Shown: piece after piece, positions 14,976 to 23,952 of the stretch | Position numbering within the stretch: position 1 is the stretch's first letter | Layout: each line of letters opens with the position of its first letter | From: a virus | Reading direction: 5' to 3' (one strand) | Virus record (IMG/VR): IMGVR_UViG_3300045988_051648 | Span: 1 to 40,884 of that record | DNA length: 40,884 bases | Notes under the pieces: generated by a model | What the model was told of the DNA's origin: nothing | What the model saw: the letters and a program-made list of their open reading frames with translations, nothing else | Database searches by the model: none | Translations under genes and position numbers: made by a program

Positions 14976-15135
14976 GCTTCGGTAGCTCAGTGGCAGAGCA
15001 CGAGGGATAGCACAGATACCTAGGACGGATGCCTTACCGGCCATGGTTTCCTACTTCTTTAAATCGAATGCCCGTGATGAGAAAAAGACAGTGCACCCCA
15101 CACAAGCGCTGGTTCGACTCCAGCCCGAAGCACCA
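14976..15135 (+). ncRNA. tRNA-like gene with intact acceptor, D and T arms and encoded CCA, but 107 nt in place of the anticodon arm
   Basis: GCTTCGG (14976-82) pairs 7/7 with CCGAAGC (15125-31), followed by ACCA. D-arm TAGCTCAGTGGCAGAGCA. T-arm GCTGG-TTCGACT-CCAGC (15108-24). No 5-7-5 anticodon hairpin exists in 15001-15107. Confidence 0.7.
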
Positions 15136-15150
15136 CAAGGCGGTGACCAC

Positions 15151-15459
15151 ATGCCAGGAAGAACGCGCAAGACAAGCCGCCAATTCGAAAAAGACAAGGC
15201 CACATTCTTCACACAATGCAAAGCACAGCATGCAGTCTGCTGGTTGTGTGGTATGCCAATCGACTACAACGCAGTCAAGAACACCACAGATGACAGCTTC
15301 AACCTCGATCACCTCTATCCCGTCTCGAAGCATCCCGAACTCCAATTCGACCCGGCAGGCTTCAAACCAAGCCACACCAGCTGCAACCGGCTGCGCGGAA
15401 ACCAAGACCCGCCAGCACCAATCGGCACACTAAGCAGACAATGGATAAAGACAGCATGA
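15151..15459 (+). CDS. HNH endonuclease (packaging-associated, HK97 gp74-like position)
   Basis: CWLCG...LDHLYPVSKHP...HTSCNRLRG. The start is taken at ATG 15151 so the gene does not overlap the tRNA-like element. Confidence 0.8.
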   Translation: MPGRTRKTSRQFEKDKATFFTQCKAQHAVCWLCGMPIDYNAVKNTTDDSFNLDHLYPVSKHPELQFDPAGFKPSHTSCNRLRGNQDPPAPIGTLSRQWIKTA

Positions 15460-15737
15460 GCAAGGAGGGAATGATGCCACAGCAGCCAGTCACACTAGAG
15501 CTCACCGCCACAATCAGCGACAAGACATTCCCAATCAGCTCATTCACCGTCAACATCCCAATCAACGTCACCCACAACGAAGTCAACACCTTCAAGGTCG
15601 GCGGCGGATACACCACACTCATCACTCCAAAGCCACCAAGCACAGACGAACTCATCACACGATTCACAAACGCAATCAAAGCATTCACAACAGCATTCGA
15701 AACCAACCCAAAAGGGGTAGGGGCGGTGAAATCGTAA
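15456..15737 (+). CDS. Hypothetical protein
   Basis: ATGA overlap with the HNH stop. Alternative starts are 15441 and 15471/15474 (behind AAGGAGG). Confidence 0.5.
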   Translation: MSKEGMMPQQPVTLELTATISDKTFPISSFTVNIPINVTHNEVNTFKVGGGYTTLITPKPPSTDELITRFTNAIKAFTTAFETNPKGVGAVKS

Positions 15738-15840
15738 AACCAACGCAAGAACGCAAGACGTCCCGCGTGGTTGGTCTCCCTCTCCCCGATGGCCGAAATT
15801 GACCGGGGTCGCGCGCGCGATTGCAGATTCGAGGTGAAGT

Positions 15841-16182
15841 ATGTCGGTGAAATTCCCGAGCCATAATGTGGCGGAGGCTTTGGAGCGCTCATTGAAGAAC
15901 GCCGATGGGCTGAAGGCCGTGAATTCCGCAGTGGTCGCGGCCGCCCGCGTACTGGCTGGTCGGATTGACTTCCTGAATGCCACCGGATTCGTTGACGAGA
16001 ACGGGAAGATCGACAATGTGACTCTGCCGACTTTCCTGAAATACTGCCAGTCTCTCGGATTGACTTTGGACGCTCCAGCGAAGGTCGGGCGTCCGGCCAG
16101 GCAGAAGCCCGAAGTCAGGGCTGAGGAAGCGAAGAGCGACAAGGTTATCGCGATGGATGATTTCATGAAGCGGTTCGGCTGA
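15841..16182 (+). CDS. Putative terminase small subunit
   Basis: 113 aa with GAGGTGA upstream. Called from its position immediately before the large terminase; no motif recognised. Confidence 0.5.
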   Translation: MSVKFPSHNVAEALERSLKNADGLKAVNSAVVAAARVLAGRIDFLNATGFVDENGKIDNVTLPTFLKYCQSLGLTLDAPAKVGRPARQKPEVRAEEAKSDKVIAMDDFMKRFG

Positions 16183-16192
16183 GGAGGTTGCG

Positions 16193-17806
16193 ATGGCGGC
16201 TGAGAATCTTACGGTTTTCGGTGCCATCGACGATGAGAGGCACGGCGTGACGCTTCCTAGAATCTTCACGCCGCCGTTACGCCCGTTGACGAAGGAGACG
16301 AGCAACGGGTTCGCGGTGATCGCGTTCGCGGAAATCATGCTGCACGTGCATTTGTATCCGTGGCAGCAGTGGCTGCTCGTCCATGCTTTGGAATTGCTTG
16401 AGGATGGCAGCTATCGCTTTCGTAAGGTGATTGTGCTTGTGGCCCGTCAGAATGGCAAGACCACGCTTATGGGCGTTTTGGCCGCATGGTGGCTTTTCGT
16501 CGATTCCAACAAGCATCCCGACCGTGTGCCGCCCGTGAAGTTCCTGGTGGTCGGCGCAGCGCAGACATTGGACAATGCCAAGGGTCCTTACAATCAGGTC
16601 AAGGAGTGGTGCAATCCTCAGCCTTCTACCGATGAGGAAGAAGATCTGGTCATTCCCGATCTCGCCGCGATGACGCAAAAATTCGTGAACACTAACGGTG
16701 AGGAAGCGATCATCACCCGCTCGAAGGCCCGCTATATCGTCCGCGCCGACAAGAACATTCGAGCGAAATCAGCCGCGCGTGTGGTGTTCGATGAGTTGCG
16801 TGAGCAGCATACTGATGATGGCTGGAATGCCGTCAGCCAGACCACGAAGGCAGTCTGGTCGAGCCAGTTGTGGGGCATTTCCAATGCGGGCGACTATCGT
16901 AGCGTCGCGCTTCGCAAGCAGGTGGACAAGGGCCGAAAGCTTGTTGACGAGTGGACTCGTCTGAGCGCCGCCGGTGGCAATCCGGCCGACGTGTTCATGT
17001 CCGGCGAGCAGGACGGCAGCTTTGGATATTTCGAATGGTCGGCTCCGGACAAGTGTCCGGTGGATGATGCCGACGCTATCCGGCAGGCGAATCCGTCGCT
17101 CGGGTATGGGCCGATGACTGTTATGTCGGTTCGGTCCGATATCGATGGCATGACCGAGGCCGCGTTCCGTACGGAAGTCCTGTGCCAGTGGGTCACTGCC
17201 GACATCGTGCCCTATATCAATCCGAAAATGTGGGCGCATGGCACTGATAATGCGTCACGCATCCCCGACGATAATCGCGTGGTGCTGGCCGTCGATACCA
17301 GCGCCGACAGGAAGACCACATATGTGGCCGCTGCTGGCCTTCGTGCCGATGGCCTCCCGCATGTTGAGCTGATAGCTCGTCGTGACGGCATGCTGTGGGT
17401 GCCGCATTATCTTGACATGCTTCGTGAGAGCTGGCCGTCGATTTGTGAGATTGCCGTGCAGTCGAAGGGCTGTCCGGCTGTCGATTTCACCGACCCGCTC
17501 ACCGAAAAAGGCTGGAATGTGCATCTCATCGAGGGATTCCGGCTTGGCGCGTGTTGTGGTCGTTTCCTCGACCGAGTGCGCGAAGGGAAGCTCCGGCATC
17601 TGCCGCAGCCAGCCATCGAACAGCAGGTTTCCGTGGCCGTGACCCGCCGTCTTGGCGAGGTCGAGGTATGGGACCGTGGCAAGAGTGCTTTGCAGATCAG
17701 CGGCCTCATCGCCGAGAGTGAGGCATTGTATGCGCTTGAGACCATGCAGGTCGAAGCGGAAACACCGAAATATGCGCCGAGCGTGACCCATTTCGCAGTC
17801 GTATGA
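16193..17806 (+). CDS. Terminase large subunit
   Basis: Walker A-like VARQNGKTT, size 537 aa, and YPWQQWLL terminase_1-type N-terminus. Confidence 0.85.
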   Translation: MAAENLTVFGAIDDERHGVTLPRIFTPPLRPLTKETSNGFAVIAFAEIMLHVHLYPWQQWLLVHALELLEDGSYRFRKVIVLVARQNGKTTLMGVLAAWWLFVDSNKHPDRVPPVKFLVVGAAQTLDNAKGPYNQVKEWCNPQPSTDEEEDLVIPDLAAMTQKFVNTNGEEAIITRSKARYIVRADKNIRAKSAARVVFDELREQHTDDGWNAVSQTTKAVWSSQLWGISNAGDYRSVALRKQVDKGRKLVDEWTRLSAAGGNPADVFMSGEQDGSFGYFEWSAPDKCPVDDADAIRQANPSLGYGPMTVMSVRSDIDGMTEAAFRTEVLCQWVTADIVPYINPKMWAHGTDNASRIPDDNRVVLAVDTSADRKTTYVAAAGLRADGLPHVELIARRDGMLWVPHYLDMLRESWPSICEIAVQSKGCPAVDFTDPLTEKGWNVHLIEGFRLGACCGRFLDRVREGKLRHLPQPAIEQQVSVAVTRRLGEVEVWDRGKSALQISGLIAESEALYALETMQVEAETPKYAPSVTHFAVV

Positions 17807-17823
17807 CCCAGTGAGGAGGTTTC

Positions 17824-19107
17824 ATGGGGTTCTTTTCCAGATGGCTCAAGAAAAGCCCGGTATCCGTGGCCCAGAAGTTCTCCGAATCGCCAGTCAACAT
17901 TTCGCAGGTCACTCAGCTGCCAATCGATTGGTTCGGCGCCGGAGTCTACGAGCGAGAGGCGGCGGTGCGCACCGTCATCGACCATATCGCGCGGAACATC
18001 GCCAGCATGCCATTCAAGGTCTACACTCGCCAGCCTGACGGTGACCGCGTGGAGGACACCACAAGCCCGTTGGCGCAATTGATGGCAAAACCGAGCGTTC
18101 TCCCTGGCATGACACGCTACCGATTCTTCTACTCGCTGCTCTGCGATGGCCTGCTCAATGACCGATGGCTCTGCCTGCTCGATGCCGACAAGAAGACCGG
18201 CAGACTGTGGCTGCGGCGTATTCCGGTGCAGAATTTCACGCTTTCCGGCAACACCCTTGACGAGATCACCGGCGTGCAGATCAGCACCGGACAGCCGGAA
18301 GGCAGCCAGTATTTCAAACTGCCAGACCCGCAGATTCTGCTGGATGTGGGGTACAGCACGTCCGGCATCGGCGGTTCTCCCGTGTCCGGCACTCTCGCAC
18401 CGCTTTTGGCGGAGGCGCGTGAGATGGCCGAATATCGGCGTGCGATAGCGAAGAACGGCGGCCAGATTCCAGCGTACATCTCCCGTCCGAAGGAGATGCC
18501 GTGGCCGTCGCAGGAGGCGCAGGACGAATTCGTGCAGGGCATGCGCAATTACAAGTCCGGCGGGAATCTTGCCGGTGGCTGGCCGCTGCTCAACGACGGC
18601 ATGGAAATCAAGACCGTGGACGCCTTCAAGCCGATCGACATGCAGGACATCGACGCGAGGGACAGGATTCGCATCGACGTGGCCAACGCATTCCATATCG
18701 CGCCGGAGAATCTTGGCTTTCGCAGTGGCACGAATTCCAATATCGCTTCCTTCAAGGAGCAGATGTGGAATGTGGAGTTGATGCCGTACATCGTGGCGTT
18801 CGAACAGTCGCTCAATTTGCTGCTGCCAGATGCGCTCGGCCAGCCTGACGCCTACATCGAAGCGAACGTTGACGCGAAGCTGCGCGGCACGTTCTCCGAG
18901 CAGTATCAGGCGCTCAGCACGGCCACGGGGCGCAGTTTCATGACCACGAACGAGGCACGGCGCATCCTCAACTATCCGAAGCTTGATGGTGGCGACGAAT
19001 TGGTGACGCCACTGAACGTGGCAACCGGCGGTCAGCCCAGCCCGCAGGATGGCGGCAGGACGCAGAACGCGCAACAGAACAATCCAGTGAACGGAGAAGG
19101 ACAGTGA
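17824..19107 (+). CDS. Portal protein (HK97 family)
   Basis: 427 aa, GGAGG upstream, positioned between TerL and the prohead protease. Confidence 0.8.
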   Translation: MGFFSRWLKKSPVSVAQKFSESPVNISQVTQLPIDWFGAGVYEREAAVRTVIDHIARNIASMPFKVYTRQPDGDRVEDTTSPLAQLMAKPSVLPGMTRYRFFYSLLCDGLLNDRWLCLLDADKKTGRLWLRRIPVQNFTLSGNTLDEITGVQISTGQPEGSQYFKLPDPQILLDVGYSTSGIGGSPVSGTLAPLLAEAREMAEYRRAIAKNGGQIPAYISRPKEMPWPSQEAQDEFVQGMRNYKSGGNLAGGWPLLNDGMEIKTVDAFKPIDMQDIDARDRIRIDVANAFHIAPENLGFRSGTNSNIASFKEQMWNVELMPYIVAFEQSLNLLLPDALGQPDAYIEANVDAKLRGTFSEQYQALSTATGRSFMTTNEARRILNYPKLDGGDELVTPLNVATGGQPSPQDGGRTQNAQQNNPVNGEGQ

Positions 19108-19871
19108 ATCTCAAACAGCTCAGATTCAACGTGAAATCCTTGGATGATTCGGCTGGCGAAGGCGTTTTCAGCGGCTACGCCAGCACTTTCGGCAACAAGG
19201 ATCTGCAGGGTGACGTGATCGCCAAGGGCGCTTTCGCGGAGACCTTGGCGAAGGATTACGACGGCGGAGCCGGCATCCCGATCCATTGGAACCATCAGGA
19301 CGGCAAGCCGACCGACATCATCGGACGCACCTTGAGCGCCGTCGAGGACGAGAAGGGCCTGCTCATCTCGGCCCAGCTCGATATCGAGGATAATCCGACC
19401 GCACAGCAGGCTTACGACCTGCTCAAGGATGGCAGGGTTCATCAGATGAGCATCGGCTTCGTGCCGACGAAGACCGCTTGGATCACGGAAAAGGGCGACG
19501 GCCCGTGGGGTGGCCATTCCGAATTCCAGCAGATCAAGCTTTTCGAGATCAGCGTGGTGCCGGTGGCCGCTAACCAGCAGGCCGAGATTCTGGCCGTGAA
19601 GTCGGGTCGTGCCATCAGCTCCGCCAACGAGGAGAAGCTGCGTGCCGCCTTGGCTTCGCTGAACGAGGTGCTTGACGGCATCGATTCCGATAATTCCGCT
19701 TCCGACGAGGATAAGGCGGATGATTCCAAGACCGGCGAGAGGCCGGACGATAAGAAGCTTGACCCTGATGAGGGCAAGGACGCTGAGGCCGAGAAGGCCG
19801 AGCGCCTGAATGTAATCAAATCCGCCCGTGAACTGGTCACTGGCGGCAAGGACAACAAGGAGACCAAATGA
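19104..19871 (+). CDS. Prohead maturation protease (HK97/S78 family) with an acidic scaffold-like C-terminus
   Basis: The GTG start overlaps the portal stop. Sequence FSGYASTFGNKDLQGDVIAKGAFAETL...ISVVPVAANQQA. Confidence 0.8.
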   Translation: MNLKQLRFNVKSLDDSAGEGVFSGYASTFGNKDLQGDVIAKGAFAETLAKDYDGGAGIPIHWNHQDGKPTDIIGRTLSAVEDEKGLLISAQLDIEDNPTAQQAYDLLKDGRVHQMSIGFVPTKTAWITEKGDGPWGGHSEFQQIKLFEISVVPVAANQQAEILAVKSGRAISSANEEKLRAALASLNEVLDGIDSDNSASDEDKADDSKTGERPDDKKLDPDEGKDAEAEKAERLNVIKSARELVTGGKDNKETK

Positions 19872-21073
19872 GTTTCAATGATCGTCTCGCCAAGACCAAG
19901 GCCGCCATCGAAGCGGTGCTGGCCAAGGGCGAGGATAATCTCACCGCTTCCGACATCGAGAAGCTGAAGGGTCTGAACGCCGAAGCGCACGAATTGCAGG
20001 ATTCCATTGAAACGGTGGATGCGGTGCATAAGCGTTTCGCGGGATTGACCGACAATCTGGCGGACACACAGAAGAGCGGAGCCGCATCCGGCGAATCTCT
20101 TGGCGATTTCGTCGTGAAGAACATCGGCGAACAGCTGGCGAAGATAAAGGGAGTTTCGGGAGCGTCAATCGCAGCACCGGAATGGGTTCCGCGCCGCAAG
20201 GCCAACACTGACACGCAGGTTACCGGCGGACCGTCCGGCGTGTACGGCTCCCTGTTGACATACGTGGACCCGAATTTCGTCCAGGCTTACCGCCGTCCGA
20301 CCATCACCAACCTATTCGGTGTCGGCGCGATAAGCGGACAGGCCATCATCTACTACGTGGAAGGCGAAAAGGAAGGCGATTTCGAAACCGTCGGCGAAGG
20401 CGAGAAATTCAGTCAGATCCATTACGCCGACGCGACAGAGCACACCGACGCATTATCCACAATCGCTGGATTCATCAAGGAATCCAACGACATGGTCACC
20501 GACCTCGAATTCCTGAAGTCCGACATCGATGGACGTCTGCTCTACGATCTGAGCATCGCCGAGGAGAAGCAGCTGCTCAACGGCGACGGCACCGGCAAGA
20601 ACATCAAGGGCCTGCTGAATCGTGAAGGAATCCAGTCATACACCGCTACCGACGCCGGTAATGACGTTGCCGTACTGCACGCGCAGTCGATGATCTCCAC
20701 CACGACCGGCATGATGCCGGATGCCCTTGTCATCAATCCGACAGACTATGAGGCCATTCGATTGAAGAAGGACAATGATGGCAATTTCATCGGCGGTGGA
20801 CCGTTCTACGGCGTGAATGGCGGCGCGCTGACCATCACTCCGCGCCTCTGGGGTCTGGACACCGTGGTGACTCCCGCTGTCGACGCCGGCACAGCCATCG
20901 TCGGCTCCTTTAAGGGCGCTGCCACCTTCTATCGCAAGGGCGGCGTGACGGTCGAGGCCACCAATTCCAATGACACCGACTTCATCTCCGATCTGGTGAC
21001 CATTCGTGCCAAGGAGCGTGTGGCTTTGGCCGTGCGCAAGCCGAAGGCTTTCGTCAAGCTGACTCTTAAGTAA
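19868..21073 (+). CDS. Major capsid protein (HK97 fold family)
   Basis: ATGA overlap with the protease gene. 401 aa with an N-terminal coiled delta-like region. Confidence 0.8.
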   Translation: MSFNDRLAKTKAAIEAVLAKGEDNLTASDIEKLKGLNAEAHELQDSIETVDAVHKRFAGLTDNLADTQKSGAASGESLGDFVVKNIGEQLAKIKGVSGASIAAPEWVPRRKANTDTQVTGGPSGVYGSLLTYVDPNFVQAYRRPTITNLFGVGAISGQAIIYYVEGEKEGDFETVGEGEKFSQIHYADATEHTDALSTIAGFIKESNDMVTDLEFLKSDIDGRLLYDLSIAEEKQLLNGDGTGKNIKGLLNREGIQSYTATDAGNDVAVLHAQSMISTTTGMMPDALVINPTDYEAIRLKKDNDGNFIGGGPFYGVNGGALTITPRLWGLDTVVTPAVDAGTAIVGSFKGAATFYRKGGVTVEATNSNDTDFISDLVTIRAKERVALAVRKPKAFVKLTLK

Positions 21074-21084
21074 GGAGACGTGAT

Positions 21085-21315
21085 ATGGCTCGACAGTTTC
21101 GAGTGATTCCAGCCTCGGCGGCGAAACTTGACTCGAATGCCAACGTGGCCGATGTGGTCTTCGTCGGGGCCAACGGCAAGCCGACCGATATTGGCAGCGC
21201 TGCAGTGAAGCCTGCAACGCATGTGGCTTTGGCCGCCGGCGCCACACCAACCAAGAGCGAATTCGACGCCCTAGTCAATTCTCTGATTGCGGCTGGCCTG
21301 ATGGCTGCAGAGTAA
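21085..21315 (+). CDS. Small head-associated protein
   Basis: AAGGAGA upstream. The C-terminal KSEFDALVNSLIAAGLM motif resembles head-fibre-like small proteins. Function uncertain. Confidence 0.5.
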   Translation: MARQFRVIPASAAKLDSNANVADVVFVGANGKPTDIGSAAVKPATHVALAAGATPTKSEFDALVNSLIAAGLMAAE

Positions 21316-21329
21316 GCGTGGAGGTCGGC

Positions 21330-21845
21330 ATGAGTGATGTGAATGTGATTCCCGACATGATTGCCGACCCTTCGGCTTTCGAGGACGACGCGGCTTTCAG
21401 GCTTAAGGCTGCGCAGTCGGCCATCCGCCGCGAGTGTGGCTGGCATGTCATGCCGAACGCGGCATTGTCCGGCGTCATCAACTCGCGTGGCGGCATGGTG
21501 ATTCGACTGCCCGCACGTCATGTGACGAGCATCGAATCATTGACCGACAGGGACGGCAACAAGCTGGCTTACGCCTATGACCCGGAGACAGGTCTTGTGG
21601 AGTCGCTTTCCGGTGGCTTCCCGGCCGGCGTTGCGGCCATCCGCTACGCGATCCATGCCGGCTATGATGACGCGCCGGACGTGCAGCAGGTGCTCATCAG
21701 TGCCGCGAAGCGAGCTGGCATGAGCCCGGTCGGGCTCGTCACCTCGCAGTCCACCAACGGCTCCAGCGCGAGCTTCGACGTGGTGTCGCTCATGCAGGCG
21801 GAGAAGGACAAGCTCAAGCCCTATAGGATTGGAGGGTTGCCATGA
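21330..21845 (+). CDS. Head-tail connector (gp6-like)
   Basis: ATG 21330 has GGAGG 5 nt upstream. Called from position and size. Confidence 0.6.
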   Translation: MSDVNVIPDMIADPSAFEDDAAFRLKAAQSAIRRECGWHVMPNAALSGVINSRGGMVIRLPARHVTSIESLTDRDGNKLAYAYDPETGLVESLSGGFPAGVAAIRYAIHAGYDDAPDVQQVLISAAKRAGMSPVGLVTSQSTNGSSASFDVVSLMQAEKDKLKPYRIGGLP

Positions 21846-22240
21846 GCCTGCTTGACGACATGAATGCCGGTGGCGGCGGATGGCGTATGCCGGGCGCCAC
21901 CAAATGGCGGCGACTGCGTGCCAAACGCAAGGCCAACCCGTACAATCCGGCGCAGAACGAGCCGGACTGGAGCGTGCCTCCGGACGAGCTCGTCATCATG
22001 GGCGCCCTCTCGTCCAGTTCCAGCACCCGCACGCCGGACACGCTTGACACGCAGACAGCATCCACGGCGTACCTCACCATCCCGGATCCGACAGCCGACG
22101 TGAAAATCGGCGACCGGATCCGCGCCGACCCAGACGACGGACGCTTGTGGGAAGTCGACGGATTCCCCTCGAAGGACGCGAACGCGTTCACCGGATGGCG
22201 TCCGACCTTGGAATGCCGTCTGACGGAAAGAAAGGGCTGA
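21842..22240 (+). CDS. Head closure / head-tail adaptor protein
   Basis: ATGA overlap. Called from position in the HK97-like order. Confidence 0.55.
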   Translation: MSLLDDMNAGGGGWRMPGATKWRRLRAKRKANPYNPAQNEPDWSVPPDELVIMGALSSSSSTRTPDTLDTQTASTAYLTIPDPTADVKIGDRIRADPDDGRLWEVDGFPSKDANAFTGWRPTLECRLTERKG

Positions 22241-22244
22241 ACAA

Positions 22245-22532
22245 ATGGCGAAAAGCAGGATATCGGTCAACTTCAACCAGAAATTCTTCGACGAGATTCT
22301 CAATAGCGCCGGAGTCAAGGCGCTCACCACGCTGGCCGCGAACAGGGCACTCGCCTACGCGAAGGCGTCCGCTCCAGTCGATACCGGCGCATACCGCGAC
22401 GGCCTTGGAATCGAGGAGGTCAAAAGGGAGCACCGAACGACCGTCATGGTCGTCGGCCACGACCAGAAGACCCTGCTCGTGGAGGCGCAGACCGGCAATC
22501 TGGCCAAGGCGCTGAAGAAGGCGAGGGTCTGA
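22245..22532 (+). CDS. HK97 gp10-like neck protein
   Basis: ANRALAYAKASAPVDTGAYRDGL motif. Confidence 0.6.
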   Translation: MAKSRISVNFNQKFFDEILNSAGVKALTTLAANRALAYAKASAPVDTGAYRDGLGIEEVKREHRTTVMVVGHDQKTLLVEAQTGNLAKALKKARV

Positions 22533-22963
22533 TGGCAAGCGTCATCCCACCCGACCTCGAACTATTCCTCACCGGATGGCTGCGCTCCAACATCACGGAC
22601 ATCCCCGGCCTGCAGGTCGGAAACCGTATCCCTGACGGTTACGACGGTTCCTATCCGCTCGTGGTCGTGCGTGACGACGGCGGCACGCAATCCGCCAACC
22701 GCGTGACGTTCGACAGGTCGATAGGCGTCAACGTGCTCGGATGGACGCGCAACGATACGAAACCATGCCGTGATCTGGCGGCCCGCGTGTACGGCGTGCT
22801 GACCGGAGAGCCCGGCATCCTCATCGGATTCGCCGAAGGCAGCCGCATCTGCGCCGTCGTGCCCGACGGATGCAACGGCCCGTACCCGGTCGGCGAGGAC
22901 GCGGCATGGTGCCGCTACTACATGACCGTCGAATATTCGACGGCCGGAATCAGACAATCATAA
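22532..22963 (+). CDS. Tail terminator-like protein
   Basis: TGATG overlap. Lies immediately before the major tail protein gene. Confidence 0.5.
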   Translation: MASVIPPDLELFLTGWLRSNITDIPGLQVGNRIPDGYDGSYPLVVVRDDGGTQSANRVTFDRSIGVNVLGWTRNDTKPCRDLAARVYGVLTGEPGILIGFAEGSRICAVVPDGCNGPYPVGEDAAWCRYYMTVEYSTAGIRQS

Positions 22964-22976
22964 GAAAGGAAACGCC

Positions 22977-23576
22977 ATGGCCAAAGACAGTCAGGGCATG
23001 GATCTGGGACAGGTGGAGGCGCTCGTCACCGCCGCCATCATGATCGTCCCGTACTCCACCGAAAACAAGATCACGCCGGAGATGATCGCATCCAGCAATG
23101 CGACGCCGGAACTTCCGGCCGCCTACAATCGGTCGACCGCATGCATCGGACTCGTCAAGTCCGACGGCGGCAACCAGGATTCGCGCGACGGCGACGACCC
23201 GCTTGAGTTTTTGCAGGACGGTTACAAAAAGCTGCCGCTGGCGACCAGCCTTACGCAGACGTTCAGTCCGGCCGAAAACAATGCGCTGACACGCAAAATC
23301 ACCATCGGCGAGCCGGACGCCCAGGGCGTCTACCACGTGGCCGACATCATCCAGGATGCGAAGTGGATGGTGTACGAGGAGGAGACGTTCGACACCGGCC
23401 GTGTGCACCGTCGTGCCGGCGTCATGCAGGTCACCGGCAACGAACCGGACCAGCAGGAGCGTGGCTCGGTCACCGGTCGCGCGCTCACCGTCGAATGGAT
23501 GAAGGACCCGCTGTATGTGGATGCGGAGCATCCGAACACGCGCTGGATCGAAAGCTGGTACGACCCAAAAGCGTGA
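22977..23576 (+). CDS. Major tail protein (zero-frame product)
   Basis: 199 aa. Lies before the chaperone pair and is followed by a terminator. Confidence 0.7.
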   Translation: MAKDSQGMDLGQVEALVTAAIMIVPYSTENKITPEMIASSNATPELPAAYNRSTACIGLVKSDGGNQDSRDGDDPLEFLQDGYKKLPLATSLTQTFSPAENNALTRKITIGEPDAQGVYHVADIIQDAKWMVYEEETFDTGRVHRRAGVMQVTGNEPDQQERGSVTGRALTVEWMKDPLYVDAEHPNTRWIESWYDPKA

Positions 23577-23848
23577 CGGCGGTGGCCGTGACCTCGGCTG
23601 ACGGAAACACGAAGCCGTCGGTCGTCCAAGGCGCGAAGCTCGCGCTCAAGGCCGTCGCCACACATGTGGACAAGACCACCGTGGACGTGACCGGACAGGC
23701 CACGTTCAAGTCCAAGGATGCCGGCGTGGCGACCGTCGATGGCGGCACGCTCACCGCCGTCAAGGCCGGAAGCGCGAGGATCAACGCCACCTATGACGGC
23801 GTGACCTCACCCGATCTGACGGTCACTGTCACCGCACATGCCGCCTGA
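22977..23848 (+). CDS. Major tail protein with C-terminal Big_2 Ig-like domain via -1 frameshift
   Basis: Slippery heptamer C_CCA_AAA (23564-23570) sits 2 codons before the stop. The -1 frame is open and encodes VTSADGNTKPSVVQGAKLALKAV...ATFKSKDAGVATVDGGTLTAVKAGSARINATYDGVTS, which is Big_2-like. Confidence 0.6.
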
Positions 23849-23864
23849 CCGGCGGACGAAAATC

Positions 23865-23915
23865 TTCCCGGACCGCCTATCTCGCCTGTCTGCGCGGTCC
23901 GGGAATCTTCTTTTT
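23865..23915 (+). terminator. Intrinsic terminator after the major tail protein gene
   Basis: TTCCCGGACCGC (23865-76) pairs with GCGGTCCGGGAA (23894-905), followed by TCTTCTTTTT. Confidence 0.65.
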
Positions 23916-23952
23916 CCACGGCAGGCAGGCGAAAAGCAGATAGGACAAGACA

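Noticed and set aside
15001-15107. Calling the insert in the tRNA-like gene an intron, and the gene a functional tRNA with a defined anticodon.
   Set aside because: No register yields a 5-bp stem with a 7-nt loop and U33. The only 4/5 match (15004-15020) has G at loop position 2 and wrong spacing. No splice combination rebuilds an anticodon arm. It is therefore reported as tRNA-like only.
15043-15150. A longer HNH endonuclease starting at ATG 15043.
   Set aside because: It would read through the T-arm, acceptor strand and CCA of the tRNA-like element. The 102-aa version from ATG 15151 has the usual size and N-terminus for packaging-associated HNH proteins.
15738-15840. A cos site between the 93-aa gene and the small terminase gene.
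   Set aside because: The presence of an HNH endonuclease suggests cos packaging. However, cohesive ends cannot be located from sequence alone, and the imperfect hairpin here is not diagnostic.
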